A program made the position numbers and the translations under genes. This document shows, one piece after another, positions 1-12,223 of a stretch of 64,000 bases of DNA. Position 1 is the stretch's first letter; every line of letters begins with the position of its first letter. Origin of the DNA: Hyphochytrium catenoides (taxonomy: Eukaryota > Protista > Hyphochytriomycota); assembly GCA_900088475.1 (NCBI GenBank), contig FLMG01003335.1:30842-94841 (forward strand), read 5' to 3'. Below the pieces are notes generated by a model. That model saw only the letters and a program-made list of their open reading frames with translations. It did not search any database and was not told where the DNA came from.

Positions 1-3000
1 TTTGCTGAACTCCTCGATCTGGGCAATGGGCTAGCGGAATGTATTAGAAAAAAGTACTGAGACCGAGTTCAATGTGGGTAACAAGACCTACCGGCTTCGA
101 TCGAGGCTGATGTGATGCGGTGTCTGGTGTCTGCCCACTGACTTCCGGCTGGTCAGCAGGTTCTGTGGTAGGAGTTTGTAGCTCGTTGACCTTTGCCTTA
201 AGAGACGAATAAAGAGGAGAATGCGAGCGACCCAGGATGAGAAATCACAAATGTTTTTGTGCTCTCCTTCATCATTCTTACCCCAGGTTCCTTGTCTATC
301 GGGATGACTGATGCTTCTTCCTTCTTGTCTGTTTTCTCAACAACTGCTGGAGGGGACTGCGCGTTGTCAATTAGCTCAGTTTGAGTCCCACTAAGAGATG
401 GGGTCCGCCGGATGGGTTTTACCACTGGAACAACTTTTCCTGAGTCTATTATAAACAGGCATTTCAGTTGCTTGAAACGTGCGTGGAGGAGCAGTGGTGT
501 CTACCTGACTTTGCGGCCTTCTTCGCTTCGGTTTCTTTTAGTCGCTGGAGGAATGTTGAGTCCTTCCCCGTGGATGATATCTTGCGTCTAGCCTGTGCGC
601 TGCTAGAAGCCGGCGTGGTAGTACTTTTGTTGTTGCCAGCGGGGTCCTTGGGGGGTGTATGCTCCGTACTCTCAACACCTGCTTTAAGGCCATCTTGCTT
701 TTCCATTGTCTCTGAGATGTTATTTGCATTTTAGAGAGACGTACAAGATAAGAGTGAATTATATTCTCGCCCATACCTGCTGTGCTAGTTTTTTTGGTTG
801 GTGATGCGCTACTAGGGCCTCTGCTGCTCTTTGCGCCTAGAATTGTGCCGTAAGCTTTAGGTCTAGAAAAAATATGAGATTCTTGTAGTTAAGAGGCGTA
901 CTTGAGGGCCGTGCTCTACTTGCGCTGCTAGGTCTGGCATTGCGGGGAGTTGGCTCAGGAGTGTTGGAACGCTGATTAAAAGAACTTGATCTCCGTATGC
1001 CAGGTCTGCCACCACCAGGGCTCTGCGGTCACGAGTTAGACAAAAACGTAGGCCATTTGGTGCTAGTCTCTTTACCGGAGAGCGCCTTGGTGTAGCAGAA
1101 CGTTCTTGTTCAACCTTTCTCTCCGCTTCAACCTTTTCCCGAAGTAGTGCTGCCTGACGCTCACGCTCTTCTGGAGTGCCTTCTGCAGCTAGTCTCTCCC
1201 AAACGGGCTTATCACTGGTAGGTCCATCCTATAGTATGTTGAAATGCGTGAGGAAAATAGCCTCACTCGTGCTTCTGGAGCTATTACCTCAGTGCGACTA
1301 CTACTAATATCGGGCCTGAAAGTGCAGCTTTCCTTAAGCTTCTCTTCTGCTAGCTGTTGGGTGGGAACTGTAAGCTCCTTTAGCAAGCCTAACAAGATCT
1401 CGTAGCCTACCTTCTTTAACTTTTCTTCGTCAGTCAACTTTTCATTGGCCAGTCGTTCGAACACATTCTGCGCACGCTTCTTGTCTGGAGAAGGGGAAGG
1501 TGGCCTAGTAATCTGTGGCTTGAAAGTGCAGGCCTAGAAGGATCGTCAGTATGAGGCGATAACTATTCAAAAGTGGTTTTTCCGCAGACCTCTGTTTCTA
1601 GTCGGAGCTTCGTATCCTCTCTCTCTTTCTCAAGCTGCTTCTTGTTATCCTCAGCTAGCCGTTCCCAAACTGGTTTCGCGTTCCCTGTCGCAGGAACGGT
1701 TGCTTTTTCTATCTGTGGAGCGAAAGTGCAGCCCTCAAGTTCTTTCTGTCGTATAAGCAGCTCTGCTTCCTCTAGCTTCTTCTCCTTTTCCTTTCTTTCC
1801 TCATAAAGCCTCTCGAATATCGATGTCTCTTGACTTGCTACCCCATTAGCTGGTCCTGCCGATTGAGGTCTCTTTTTTTGAGCTGAGGCTGGACGAGATG
1901 GCGTCTTTGTCTGTATCCTAGGGTTAAACTTGCGGCAGACCCCACTAAGCGTTTAGATGTACCTTGGCAAGTAGCTTTTCCTCATTCTCTTTCTTCATAG
2001 CCTCTCTCTTAGCCGCAACTTCTTTCAGATAATCCGCATTGTAAAGGCGTTCCACCACCGGCGTCTCTGGTTGGCTCGATCCAGGTCTCTGTTTCTCTCT
2101 AGAAGGTGGTCTACTAACCTTTGGTTTGAAGGTAAGCTCCTCCTGAATGACGAAGGACTGTGAGGATTAACGCCACAGTGATGATGTTCGCTGTACCGCA
2201 CCTTTTCCTTTTGAAGAGTCTCCTGCTTGAGTCTCTCAATTTTCTGCTGCTTTTCTTCCTTGTACTTCGCCATTCTCTCCCAAAATGGTCGCGTGTCCGC
2301 ACCAGCATTTGCTGCTTCACGCCTTTCATCAGCAGCTCCTTCTGGCGAAGCTAGGAACATAGGATTTAGTAATCAATCACACGCCACCAATAATACCACG
2401 CATACCACTGCCGGAAGGCGAACCCGGGACTCCTGCCGAACTTGGACGTTGTCTGGTAGCAGAGGAAGGTCTCTTTGAGACAATTTGGGGCTTGAACGTG
2501 CATTGCTCCATTTCCCTCTTGAGACGCTCCTGAACGACGATTATAAGAAGAAGGCCAATTCTAGTAGTTGCTTGACTTGACTTGCCACACCTGTTCCATC
2601 TGTTCCTCTTTGGCCTTCAAGTTCTGAACTTCAGAATAAAGCATTTCATACCGGGGTTTTGCAGGTGATGGAGCTCTTTTAGCCCTCTCAGATATCTGCG
2701 GTTTGAAAGTGCACCTGCATGATGTAAAGGACTGGTTAAGAGAAATTCCACCTTGTTGGCTGTTAACGTGGAAAGTATACCCTTCTATCTCCGCTGACTT
2801 CCGTCGCTCTTCGATTCGCTGTTTAAGCTCTTGGGCATTCTTGTATAGCTCATCAAACCGGCTTCCATTTGTCTCATTTTTGGATGCTATCTTCTTAGAA
2901 ATGGGGTTGATGGAGGGTTGGAAAGTGCATTCTTCCTGTTGCTTTTTCAGAAGCTCTTGTCTTTTGCGCTCCATCAGCTCGGCGCGCTTATGTAGAGCCT

Positions 3001-3734
3001 CAAATTTCTCCTGCCGTCCCCCAGCAGGACTCTTCCAATCAAACGTATCAGGTAAAAAGCGGTAGCTCTATCAAATTCAATCTTAGAAACTCACCTTCTC
3101 CCCAGAAGAAGAAGTCTTGATCTCCGGTCTGAAGGTGCATTCTGGGTCTTTAGGAGAATCCGCTTTCTCTCGAAGCTTCTTCATTTTCTCCTTGCCTTGA
3201 AGATACAATCGATCTCCAGCAGCAACGGTCTAAGGAGAATGGTTGATTAAAATCAGGCCGCTTGAGAAGAACTGAAGGCATTCATACCTTCGTTTCTGAA
3301 GCGCTTGGATGATTGGGGCTACTACCAGTGACCTGGTCACCACAATTTTTGCCACCACTGCTTGCCGTGCTAGAAGCCGCAGGAGAGCTAGCTGTGTCTT
3401 GATTTGACTGCTACCAATCGAAAGCACTTAATTTAACTGAGATGCAGCAAGAAAGTCATTTTGTTGCTTACAGGGGATCCATTGCTATGCTGCGTGTCTC
3501 CCACTGAAGGATGACAGAACAGCACCACCTTTGGTTAGGTTCGTTATTAGTTCGAGATCTTATAATAAGGATACCTACCTATTGCTTGAACTCTAGGACC
3601 TGAGTCTTTTTGGGATGTGCTTTGACCGCTAGGAAGTTGTATCTGAGCTCTCAGTAAGCATAAACAGACGGCATAGAAACTAACCTTTCAGCGCTTTCCA
3701 CCGTCATCTTGTCCTGCTCAGAGATAGTTTCCAT
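1..3734 (-). CDS. Multi-exon protein with ~9 copies of an (F/W)ERL...E-CTFxPxI repeat, 3' end runs off the window
   Basis: Spliced exons give repeats ending ECTFRPEI, ECTFQPSI, GCTFKPQI, QCTFKPQI, ELTFKPKV, AKFNPRI, GCTFAPQI, ACTFKPQI, SCTFRPDI. Each follows a charged helix (RFDELY, FWERMA, IFERLY, VWERLA, VFERLA). A S/P/R-rich low-complexity region follows. Putative ATG at 3734; phases of the first 2-3 exons are ambiguous. Confidence 0.75.
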
Positions 3735-4975
3735 CTAGCAGCACCAAGCGCGAGCAATGCTACTTTTCCCTCAGGTTAAGGTTTTGGGAAGACGCAGGCT
3801 CCCACATCCACAGCTATTCGGCAGCAAGTTAAAAATAGCTCTAAAAGCTTCAGAAGGGGGACGTCTTGTATGGTCTGCTTCCTAGTTATTGCGATCAACC
3901 GAATTGGCCGTCTCCAGAATTAGCAATTGGCGGGAATCGAAAATTGTCGTCGAAATTGCGCTTCCTTTGGCTCTGCACACAGCGCCATCGCCAGCGCTCC
4001 ATCTTTCCTTCAAACCTCTTTCAAGTCACACACACATCACCCTTTGGAGAGGGCTGAAACCTTCATACAGATAAATGGAAGCTTCAAATGGGACATTGAC
4101 GAATTCAATTCTTCACACGAAGTATCTTCGTCAAATATGCCAAATCTGGCTTGGTAACGACAACCCAAAATATCTTACTACACTCATAGTCCCTAAGATA
4201 GGTACCTAAGATTGATAGTATTACTACTATGGACCTCCCAACGGCGCAGAGGATTATTCACAAACCTGATAGCACATGTTGGCAAAACTCTCACCAAGAA
4301 TTAGTTAAGTGGTAGTGGAAGATAACTGGATCACAGTCTTCAGTAATCAACTAACACTGATCTTCCATCAGTAGAGAGGCGTTTCATGGTGTCGTTTGGG
4401 ATCCCCCTCAGAGGGCACCACACTGGGCCATCCTCCTGCTGGTCCGCCCTGCCGCCACTCACATGCCGCAGCTGCCGCTGATCAACGATCTGAAGATAGC
4501 AGACGCCTTAGAGACATCAAAGTGCAGAAGAGGCGGAGAAGGACTATAAATCATTCCTCCTTTCTCCCTGATGAGCCTCTCTCTCCTGCCACCTTCGTTT
4601 TGCTGGTGGGGCAAGACACAAGTTCCATCGCCAAAGAACGACGGAAAAGAGTAAAGGCTGCCGTCCGTATGAGGCTGGACAGCTAAGAAAGCTGATTGAA
4701 TCGTTTAGTTGTTGGTGTTAGGCTCCTCCAGCTCGACTACTTTGTTGGCCAGTGCATCACCTCTTCTCTGGCATCTCGGCCCGAAGATCTGGAGTATATT
4801 TATGCTCTCTTCTCTACAACGTACCAATCTCATGATTCAGACGGTGGTTGTCAGCTTGGCTCATTGAATCTTGTCCATTACTGCTCTCTGGTTGGTCCAT
4901 TCTCATCTCCAAGTTAGTAGCTAGATATTCGACGAGGTAGTTCGTGGGCGTGTCCTTTAACCTCGAGGGTTTAGG

Positions 4976-7648
4976 ATGGAGGAAGAAGGCTCGTCTCGGC
5001 CTCCGCCTCCTGGCAGTGGAGGGAAAAAAGTTGCACTATCTCCAGCAGCAGCAGCACCAGGAAGTGGCAGCAAACTTTCAGCTTCACCAGCAGTCGCTGA
5101 TATACCACCTGCTATGACGATCGCTCCAGACACCAAAAAGAAGGAAAAACCAAAGAAACAGCGCCGAAGAGTAATCACAAGCAAGGCTGAGAATAACGAA
5201 GGCATCGAAGAGCTTGAAGGTGTACGCGACGACGATGTGAGAGAGCTAGTGAAGGTGCGCCCAACTACTATTGTTATGCGCATCGTGTGCCAGTTTGTCG
5301 ACAACCAAAATCTAACCACCGTCATCCGTTCACCGGACTGGAACGAGTAGCTCGTAAGGCGCATGAGCAAAGTGTTTCGTGAGAAAAGGCATGAGGATCC
5401 GGGATGGAAGCGGGTGAGTGGTCTAGAACATCCTCCTTGAGGACGCCTTTCAATGTATCAAAGCTCAAGCCAGCGGTCTTTTCCACGAACTATCAGGAAT
5501 TCAAGGGCTTGGATCCTAGGTCCGTTGTCTACAGAAGGCTGCTGTTAGACGCTGGGATCATTGGGGAGCACGCGAAGGTACGTCGTCCCGTTGCGCTTGC
5601 TTAAGCTCCGTTGTTGCGCGACTAGTGGAAGAAGAGGGGGGCTAACTCCATGGTTCCATCAGTGGGCTCCATGGTTTCATAGATCAGATGCAATCCTTCT
5701 TCCCAGAGCGGCGGATCGTATCTTGCAAAGGATCATTCAATCCTATGAATCTACCACTGATATAAAAAGACAAGCTGTCATGGAAAAGACAGTGGAAGAA
5801 GATGCAGACATCCTCTATCAGAGCCTGGCTAGCAATTCAGAAGGACTGCCCCCTAAACACCTTATCCAGCGGACCCTCCACTATGCCATCAGAGATAGAC
5901 AATATGCGAACGGAAATTTTGAGTTCAAGGACATAACAGACACTTGGAGCATTCCACCGGAGGACAATGATATCCATATCGCAGGGTTTGCCTCGCCCGT
6001 AGAAGGGCCCTTGGAATCTCTCGGCGCGGAGAAGGTAACATCACGTGCATGGTGGGCTGTTCCTTTATAACATGTAGTCTTCTTATAGAACAGATGGTGA
6101 GAGGAAAAGGTGGTGCAAAAACGGCAGAAAAGTTGGGGAGAGCTGACTGATAGCTGTGAGTTCCGAACCTTCTTCTTCCCATGATGCGCGTCCTAATCTC
6201 ATATCTCAAACCTAGTTCTTCAACTATGAGGGCAGATGGCAACGGGGAAAAATGCACTCTGCTGGCGGTCTGCTACGATTCTATGACGGAGGGACCTACA
6301 AAGGAGATTGGGCAAACAATTGCCCCAATGGCGAAGGGACTGCGGTTGGTTGTCTAGTTGACTACCTAATCCTCTGCCTTGGGAGTCTACCATCTCCAAA
6401 GCTCTTGGCCAACATTGGCAAGACTAAGTGCTTTCCTCGTCCGCTCGCAGGCTTATCCCAATAAAGTCCAATACCTTGGCTCCTGGAGAGATGGTTTGTA
6501 CCATGGCAGAGGCCAGATCCTCTATCCTGATGGTGCCAAGTATAACGGAGAGGTATCATTCAATGGCCAGCAGTCTCGCATCAGTAGTGCTGCTTGTCTT
6601 CTCATCATTTCTTCTGGTGATGTGTCTGCAAAAGCGATCAATATCTCAATTCAAACCGACACTAAAGAAGAAGAGCCATCTATCTGCTAGGAGCTGAAGG
6701 AGTCTGTATACTTGTCTGTTGGTCGCGTTCGTTCCTAAGTTATAAGTAGTTCTCTTCTGGCACTGGTTCGCTTATGCTTTTTGACGCAGTGGGAAATGGG
6801 ACGAAGGCATGGACAAGGAGTCTTCACTTCTGGTTCTGGTCAAGTTTACGAAGGTTCATACGTGCATGGAGCCAAACATGGCAAAGGCAGCATCTACGAC
6901 CGGTGAGTGTCTTAGACTGTGGTGGCGGCGTTCGTTGCAGCTAAAAATCGTACTTGGTCTTCCTATCATGGCTGCAGCAGCAGATAGTACTACTTATAAC
7001 TCCTCTGACTCATTTGGCCTCTTCCCCAGAAGTCCAGTGAGATGTTGCCTATCATCGATTTGGCAGTATAAGTGGGCTCTTCTGGCGATCGTCTCTCCTA
7101 GCCAATGAGTGCGCTGGTCATTAACTTCCGTCCTATCTCTGCAATCTCTTTTAGATCTGGCTACCGCTTTGATGGGATGTGGGTAAGGGACAGGATTGAG
7201 GGCTACGGGACGTTGACACTTCCTGATGGCAAAAAGATACTCAAGGCGAAATGGCCAAGGGCCATGTTCGGAGGTAGGAGTACAACAAGGCGGAATGCGA
7301 ATGACCAGGAACAAGAGTAGAACGAGTACCGCCCCACCGTCTCTAACTAAGTTCTACCAACATCATTTGTTTGCCTTAGAGACTATCCGAAGCGTCCGGA
7401 GAGAGCAGGGTCTTGAGTCTGAGAGACGAAGGCAAGAATGGAACAAGCTTGTTGAGATGAGAGATAGATTACGAGCGGCTGAGATGGTCGGAGAATATCA
7501 TGCCATCAAAGAGTGGGAAGAAGGGGAGAAAGAGAAAGCAGAAATGCAGAAGAAGCTGGAGGCGAAGAGGATGCGCAGATTAACCCAAAAGGCAGAAAAA
7601 CGCCACAAGATTGACCAAATGCTCAAAGAGATGAAGGATGACGCCTAG
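4976..7648 (+). CDS. MORN-repeat protein with long N-terminal region and C-terminal coiled coil
   Basis: Exons encode MORN units: YKGDWANNCPNGEG, YLGSWRDGLYHGRGQILYPDG, YNGEWEMGRRHGQG, YEGSYVHGAKHGKG, FDGMWVRDRIEGYG. GT-AG phases are consistent where traced. The last exon is the charged helix ending MLKEMKDDA* at 7648. Confidence 0.85.
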
Positions 7649-7883
7649 AATGTTGCAGGCCTTGCGTGAGGGTGTAGACTCCAGAGCTGCTTAGAGCTGT
7701 CGAGATGGAGATAAGCAAAGGGAAGGGCACTGCACAAAGGCATAAAAGCAGTGATTATGATTTAAGTGCGGCACACCCCGCATTGTCTGCACCCAGATGA
7801 CACTTGCGGCGCCTTCTTATCCAGCACTATGCCATGTATAGGGACTCCAGCAGATCCTTATAAATCTTGCCTTCATATATCGT

Positions 7884-9859
7884 TTATGGCGTAGCCTTGA
7901 CATCCAACTCGGCTTCAGTGGCATCCCACAGTGTTGCCTGTGAGTCTTGATGCCAGATTTTGGCCCTAATAACAGAAGGCTGACACTTAGTGGCCTTTAT
8001 AGACGCAGCGGTTGCAAGCAGCAAGGACAAGGATGGACAAGGTGTAAAGATAAGCGCCAGATATTGGAGCAGCTAATCATTACCTAGACCATCTGAGACA
8101 GGGGCAAGTCCTGGAGTCAAGATTCAAGTGCTTCTCACGTAGCTCGGTAGCTTCGTTAGCACTCTTTCCTGAAACAATCGTCACGTCCGTGCCTCGTGCA
8201 AGCATGTAGCCTGCTCGTCGAAGGATCAGTGCTGGTTCCTTTGACTCCTTGCTTTCGTTCTCCAACCTATTTCTTTCTGTTACTCTCACTTTCTTGCCCA
8301 CTTCTCTTTTTGTCCTGCTTTTGACTCTGTACCGACCCTACGACACCGCTGCCCTAGGCCCGTTGTAAAATCCATTTTGTAAGCAATCATCGACAGTCGT
8401 CTCACCATCAGGAAAGCGGTAAAATTCTTGTCCCTCTTCTCCCTTGGGACCAGCCGAGATTCTGCAACCTGTCATATCAACGTCGTACGCACTGGGAGGT
8501 CCAAATAAGAGGAGAAGGGCAGCGGTTGGTGAATGTCTGCGTCGTAAGTCTTGGTGCCCCAAGTGTTGGATAATAAATTGACGAGCAAAAAAGTGCCATC
8601 AGGTTCTACAGAGGTCCAGACCACAGAGCTAAGGCTTCCCAGAATACAATGCCTACTATCATCGACCAACGGAAGAATGTGCAAAACAAGAACGAAGAGA
8701 TAAGAACAGTGACAAGAGCGTAAGAGATAGAAAGACATGAAGAGCGCACTGCCCAAAAGGCGCCACCTCTTAGGTCCAAGGGACGCGGCATACCTTCTAT
8801 TGACAATAGCCACTCTGTCTCTAAGAAAATCTAACTGGCCTACGGAGACCTTTCCTCTCATTTCACTGGAAAGCGTTCGCCGTGGGACAATGCCGGAGCC
8901 CCTGGATGCCAGCCAGTAACCAAGCAAAAGCGAGAGAAAACTCACCCCTACCCCCATGGTAGCGGCGGTGCCAACATTTACACTAGAACGAAACTAGATG
9001 AAGCCCCAGTAAGGTGGTTCAATGTTAGTCTGAGTTGATGGAGTGCGATCTAAAGGACGGCAAAAGATACCAAAAGGAGCAAAGCCCCATAGTCCCAAGA
9101 GAAGAAGGCAAGCATCTGGCGTTTGTGCAGAATCAGATCTCAGATAGCAAGCGAGCGGTAGCAGGTGCAAGAAGGGCAATGTCGGAAGCATCTCTTAACA
9201 TACCTGCTTCAGACCAAAGAGATCTGGCACCAGTGATCCGTTGGCCGCCTTAGTCGACTCAAAGAAATGGTCAGAATAAACACGACACTGATCCTGCAGA
9301 GCCTCCAGTTCACCCTGTAGAGCAGAGACTTCTCTCTCTCCTGCTTCTGCTCTCTCTAGCACCTGATTAAAGATTTCTTGGAGGCTGCGGTAAGAGTAAA
9401 GGACGAAATGTCGAACCTTCGCGACGTACCATTCCGTTGCCTGTCTAGTTCCTAGGCAACAGCAAGGGCGCGACCAGCAACAGGCGGAGAAGGAAAAAGC
9501 CGTTCAAGGTGAGCGAAGGGAGGCAAGAGGGAGTTAGTCACCGAGAGAGGGCTTGCGCGACGAAACCAAATAAAAAGGGGAAGCAAGGACAGGAACATGA
9601 GAGGAACAAAGAGATACCACAAATAGTGGAGAGAGCCTTTACAATGTTAAGAAGCCGTACTTACTTGGTGCATCTGCTCCATCTTGGACTTAAAGGAAAG
9701 CTGTGACCTCACCTCTACCTCCGCATCAGAGCCCACAGCTAGATCTCTGGTCGCATGACAGCCGTGCCTCGGCAAACAAAGTAGCAGCACCAGAGCGAGC
9801 AGAAGAGTGCGCCTCGGACCACAGAACAGTGGGGAGTATGAGTATGAGTAGTCTGCCAT
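7884..9859 (-). CDS. Signal peptide + coiled coil + transmembrane helix + lamin tail domain (LTD, Ig-fold) protein, ~294 aa, 7 exons
   Basis: Exons 9859-9665, 9451-9430, 9376-9204, 8993-8794, 8491-8406, 8210-8084, 7965-7884 (885 nt) join in frame via GT-AG introns. The C-terminus GKVSVGQLD..VAIVNRSAYDVDMTGCRI..YRFPDGYMLARGTDVTIVSG..LRWSRAKIW..ATLWDATEAEL matches the LTD pattern. The exon 2/3 junction has an alternative solution. Confidence 0.8.
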
Positions 9860-10055
9860 CCTTCGTCCACGTAGAGCGGTCGAGCGAGCGCTTATCACTG
9901 ACAACAACACCCAAAGAAAGCCTTAAACTTAGGTCCTCCTATGACACTCCGCACCCAACGACCGATTTCTCAGCTAGGATTATCGCTTAGAAGCTGATGA
10001 ACTTATCGGAAAGGACTGTTCGCAGGTCTTATGCCTTATGGCCCTTGCTTACTCT

Positions 10056-10383
10056 CTAGCGATAGGGCTCCGCCTTAGGCTTGAAGGCTCGGTCGACATT
10101 GCCAAAGTGCTGGCTGCTCTTGGCTCTTCGACTGAGCTCCTCAGTGCCGGCCCGGGGCGGATCCTCAGGACAATCAGTCTGTTCTGATCTCTGCAGCTTG
10201 AAGATTCTGATGATATTTTCTATAATAGTAGCCTGGGGAATTAATGGATAATTGGCTGACACATACTCCAGTGAGTGCGGAGTAGTAATACACCGCAATT
10301 CAAACTCTTCCTCCCGCCATGGTGACCGTTTGAGCAGCAGACCTTCACCGCCACGGGCTCTCACCACAAGCCCAAGTTCTCGC

Positions 10384-10416
<33 letters not shown>

Positions 10417-11141
10417 ACCTCTTCCTCCCATTGTCCTCCTCCTTACTTATCAATACAGCGCCCCCTTGTCAGTCAGAGCTTCCCGCCTCGGCCTGGTCTG
10501 AGGCTGCTGTGAGCTCTGGGGTTCATGGCGGAGGCGGAAGAAGCAAGAAGAGAAAGCGTCTTGCATAGTCGAATGGTGCAACAGCTGATCTCGCAAAGAT
10601 TATCCTGCCTCCCCGTGCTGTCTCTATTATTTGGTAAGGCTTGAGATCTAAGACGAAGAGTGTCGCACATGCAAGTCGGTGGGGAGGGAAGGGAAAGGAC
10701 AGCAGCGGCCCCACTACCGCGGTTAAACTAATGACAGGCCACGGTCCATCTACATACTCCTCCTTTATCAAGCTTGACACAAGAGTATCTTAGTATGGTG
10801 TCCCTGCTCTCGTCTTCTTCATTCTTACTTCTTTCTGCATCCTAAGGATTCACATCTATCTTCGTAAGAAGGACGGACCCATTACTGCTGGCAACTCTTG
10901 GCCCCGTCCTTACTTGGTAGTCCCTGGCTAGTTTACTATCATGATGTCCCTCAACTTCCCAGTGGTGGGAGGAGGGGGGAAATGCTGACGATGTTGCTGC
11001 TCCTCCCACTAATCCCTTGAAGTTTGGCCGTACGAGCAAATCATGAGCATCACGAGCCGAAGATCTTACCAATAGCTTGAGTCTTCTCCTCCCTTTCGAA
11101 GGGTCATCATCGTCTCTTTGCGCGGTCGATCCGCCGTACAT
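10056..11141 (-). CDS. Hypothetical spliced protein, possibly with a PH-like beta domain
   Basis: Phase-0 joins give MYGGSTAQ...ARDYQ|DAERS...LRYSCVKLDKGG|RELGLVVRARGGEGLLLKRSPWREEEFELRCIT. The last acceptor (10383) is preceded by TAAC and a (TC)n tract. The fold call is a guess from the hydrophobic pattern. Confidence 0.45.
10386..10414. repeat. (GA)n microsatellite, probably serving as the polypyrimidine tract of a minus-strand intron
   Basis: Perfect GA run lying between minus-strand TAAC and CAG. Confidence 0.9.
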
Positions 11142-11467
11142 AGTTACTCTTGAATCTCTTTTCCCTCTGAAGATACATCGCCCGCAGCAGGGAATGCTCA
11201 CAGAAAGGCCGACCTAGCTTGTTGGCCTCTGGAAAGGCGAATGACAATGGCTAATGAGGCCGATCAACAACGCCTCTCTAACAGATAAGACAAGATGATT
11301 GATCAAATGGTGCTTTTCCTATTATTCAAGAGGAGCTTGTTGCTCGTCTTTTTCTATTATCAAAAAGATACTGCAGCTAGGCAACATGATCTTTAGTTCA
11401 GCTACAACCTCTTCATGGTGCGACACGAGCAGAAGCTTGGCTTCACCACGACGTCCTATGGCGGCGC

Positions 11468-12223
11468 TCACACCTTCATATATACCACCCCGTTACTCTC
11501 AGGGTTACCGACGACACCGGCCATCACTGGGGTGCCTCCTCCTATTACTGGAGCAGCCACCAGGAAAACGTCGTTATCGTCGACTGTGAGAGATGTTGTC
11601 GCGGTATACTTGGGTGGCGGGCCACAAGAGGAGGAGGCGGAGGCACCTGAGTCTGGGAGGCGCCTGGATCCAACCTGCAACCCTAACTGAACCAAACTGC
11701 AGCACTGACAGAAGAGCGAGCACAGTACGTCTTCGGTGCAGTTTCCCGGTACTTGAAAGATGCTCCGGACTCGCATTCGCAGCCAAAGAAGAAGTGCGAA
11801 GGCCAATCCGGTTGAACAAGCACCAAGTATGATAATAAGCTGAAGACTGGCAAACAGCTTCCCCATCGTATCTTCATCATCTTCTTCTGCATCATAGCAG
11901 GCTCTCCTCACCTCGTAGAACGAATAGCAGGACTTCGTGAAGTACCAGTCGTACACATAATATCTTGCCGCGAGATTTGGAGCGACTACCAGCAACAGGT
12001 AAAGAAGCGCTGCCGTTCCGTAAGAGAGAGCGCCAATTCTGGCGCTGATCTGCCCAAAAGAGATGCAGGGACACCATAGTGCGATGCAGCAACCATCGCC
12101 ACAACACGCATCATTCTTTGCCTCGGGGCGCCATTGACCAGTGACCGGGAGCGGGTACCCTTGTTCATCAACTGGCGTTGCTGGCTTGCTACTTGCATTA
12201 ATTTCCGCTGCCGTCTGCTGCAT
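11468..12223 (-). CDS. PLAC8 family Cys-rich membrane protein (single exon)
   Basis: GQW..ACCGDGCCIALWCPCISFGQISARIG and LRMRVRSIFQVPGNCTEDVLCSLFCQCCSLVQL are the two PLAC8 half-motifs. Two hydrophobic helices lie between them. First ATG at 12223. Confidence 0.9.
   Translation of the reverse strand: MQQTAAEINASSKPATPVDEQGYPLPVTGQWRPEAKNDACCGDGCCIALWCPCISFGQISARIGALSYGTAALLYLLLVVAPNLAARYYVYDWYFTKSCYSFYEVRRACYDAEEDDEDTMGKLFASLQLIIILGACSTGLAFALLLWLRMRVRSIFQVPGNCTEDVLCSLFCQCCSLVQLGLQVGSRRLPDSGASASSSCGPPPKYTATTSLTVDDNDVFLVAAPVIGGGTPVMAGVVGNPESNGVVYMKV

Noticed and set aside
4396-4917. Two plus-strand ORFs before the MORN gene
   Set aside because: No consistent start or phase and no recognisable domain.
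8467-8490. Apparent 24-nt intron extending ORF 8472-8957
   Set aside because: The acceptor at 8492 has a clear pyrimidine tract and yields the LTD frame, so the distal part of that ORF is intron.
10383-10418. 36-nt intron made almost only of (TC)n
   Set aside because: It has no internal branch A. TAAC+(TC)n is better read as the 3' end of a longer intron starting near 10756.
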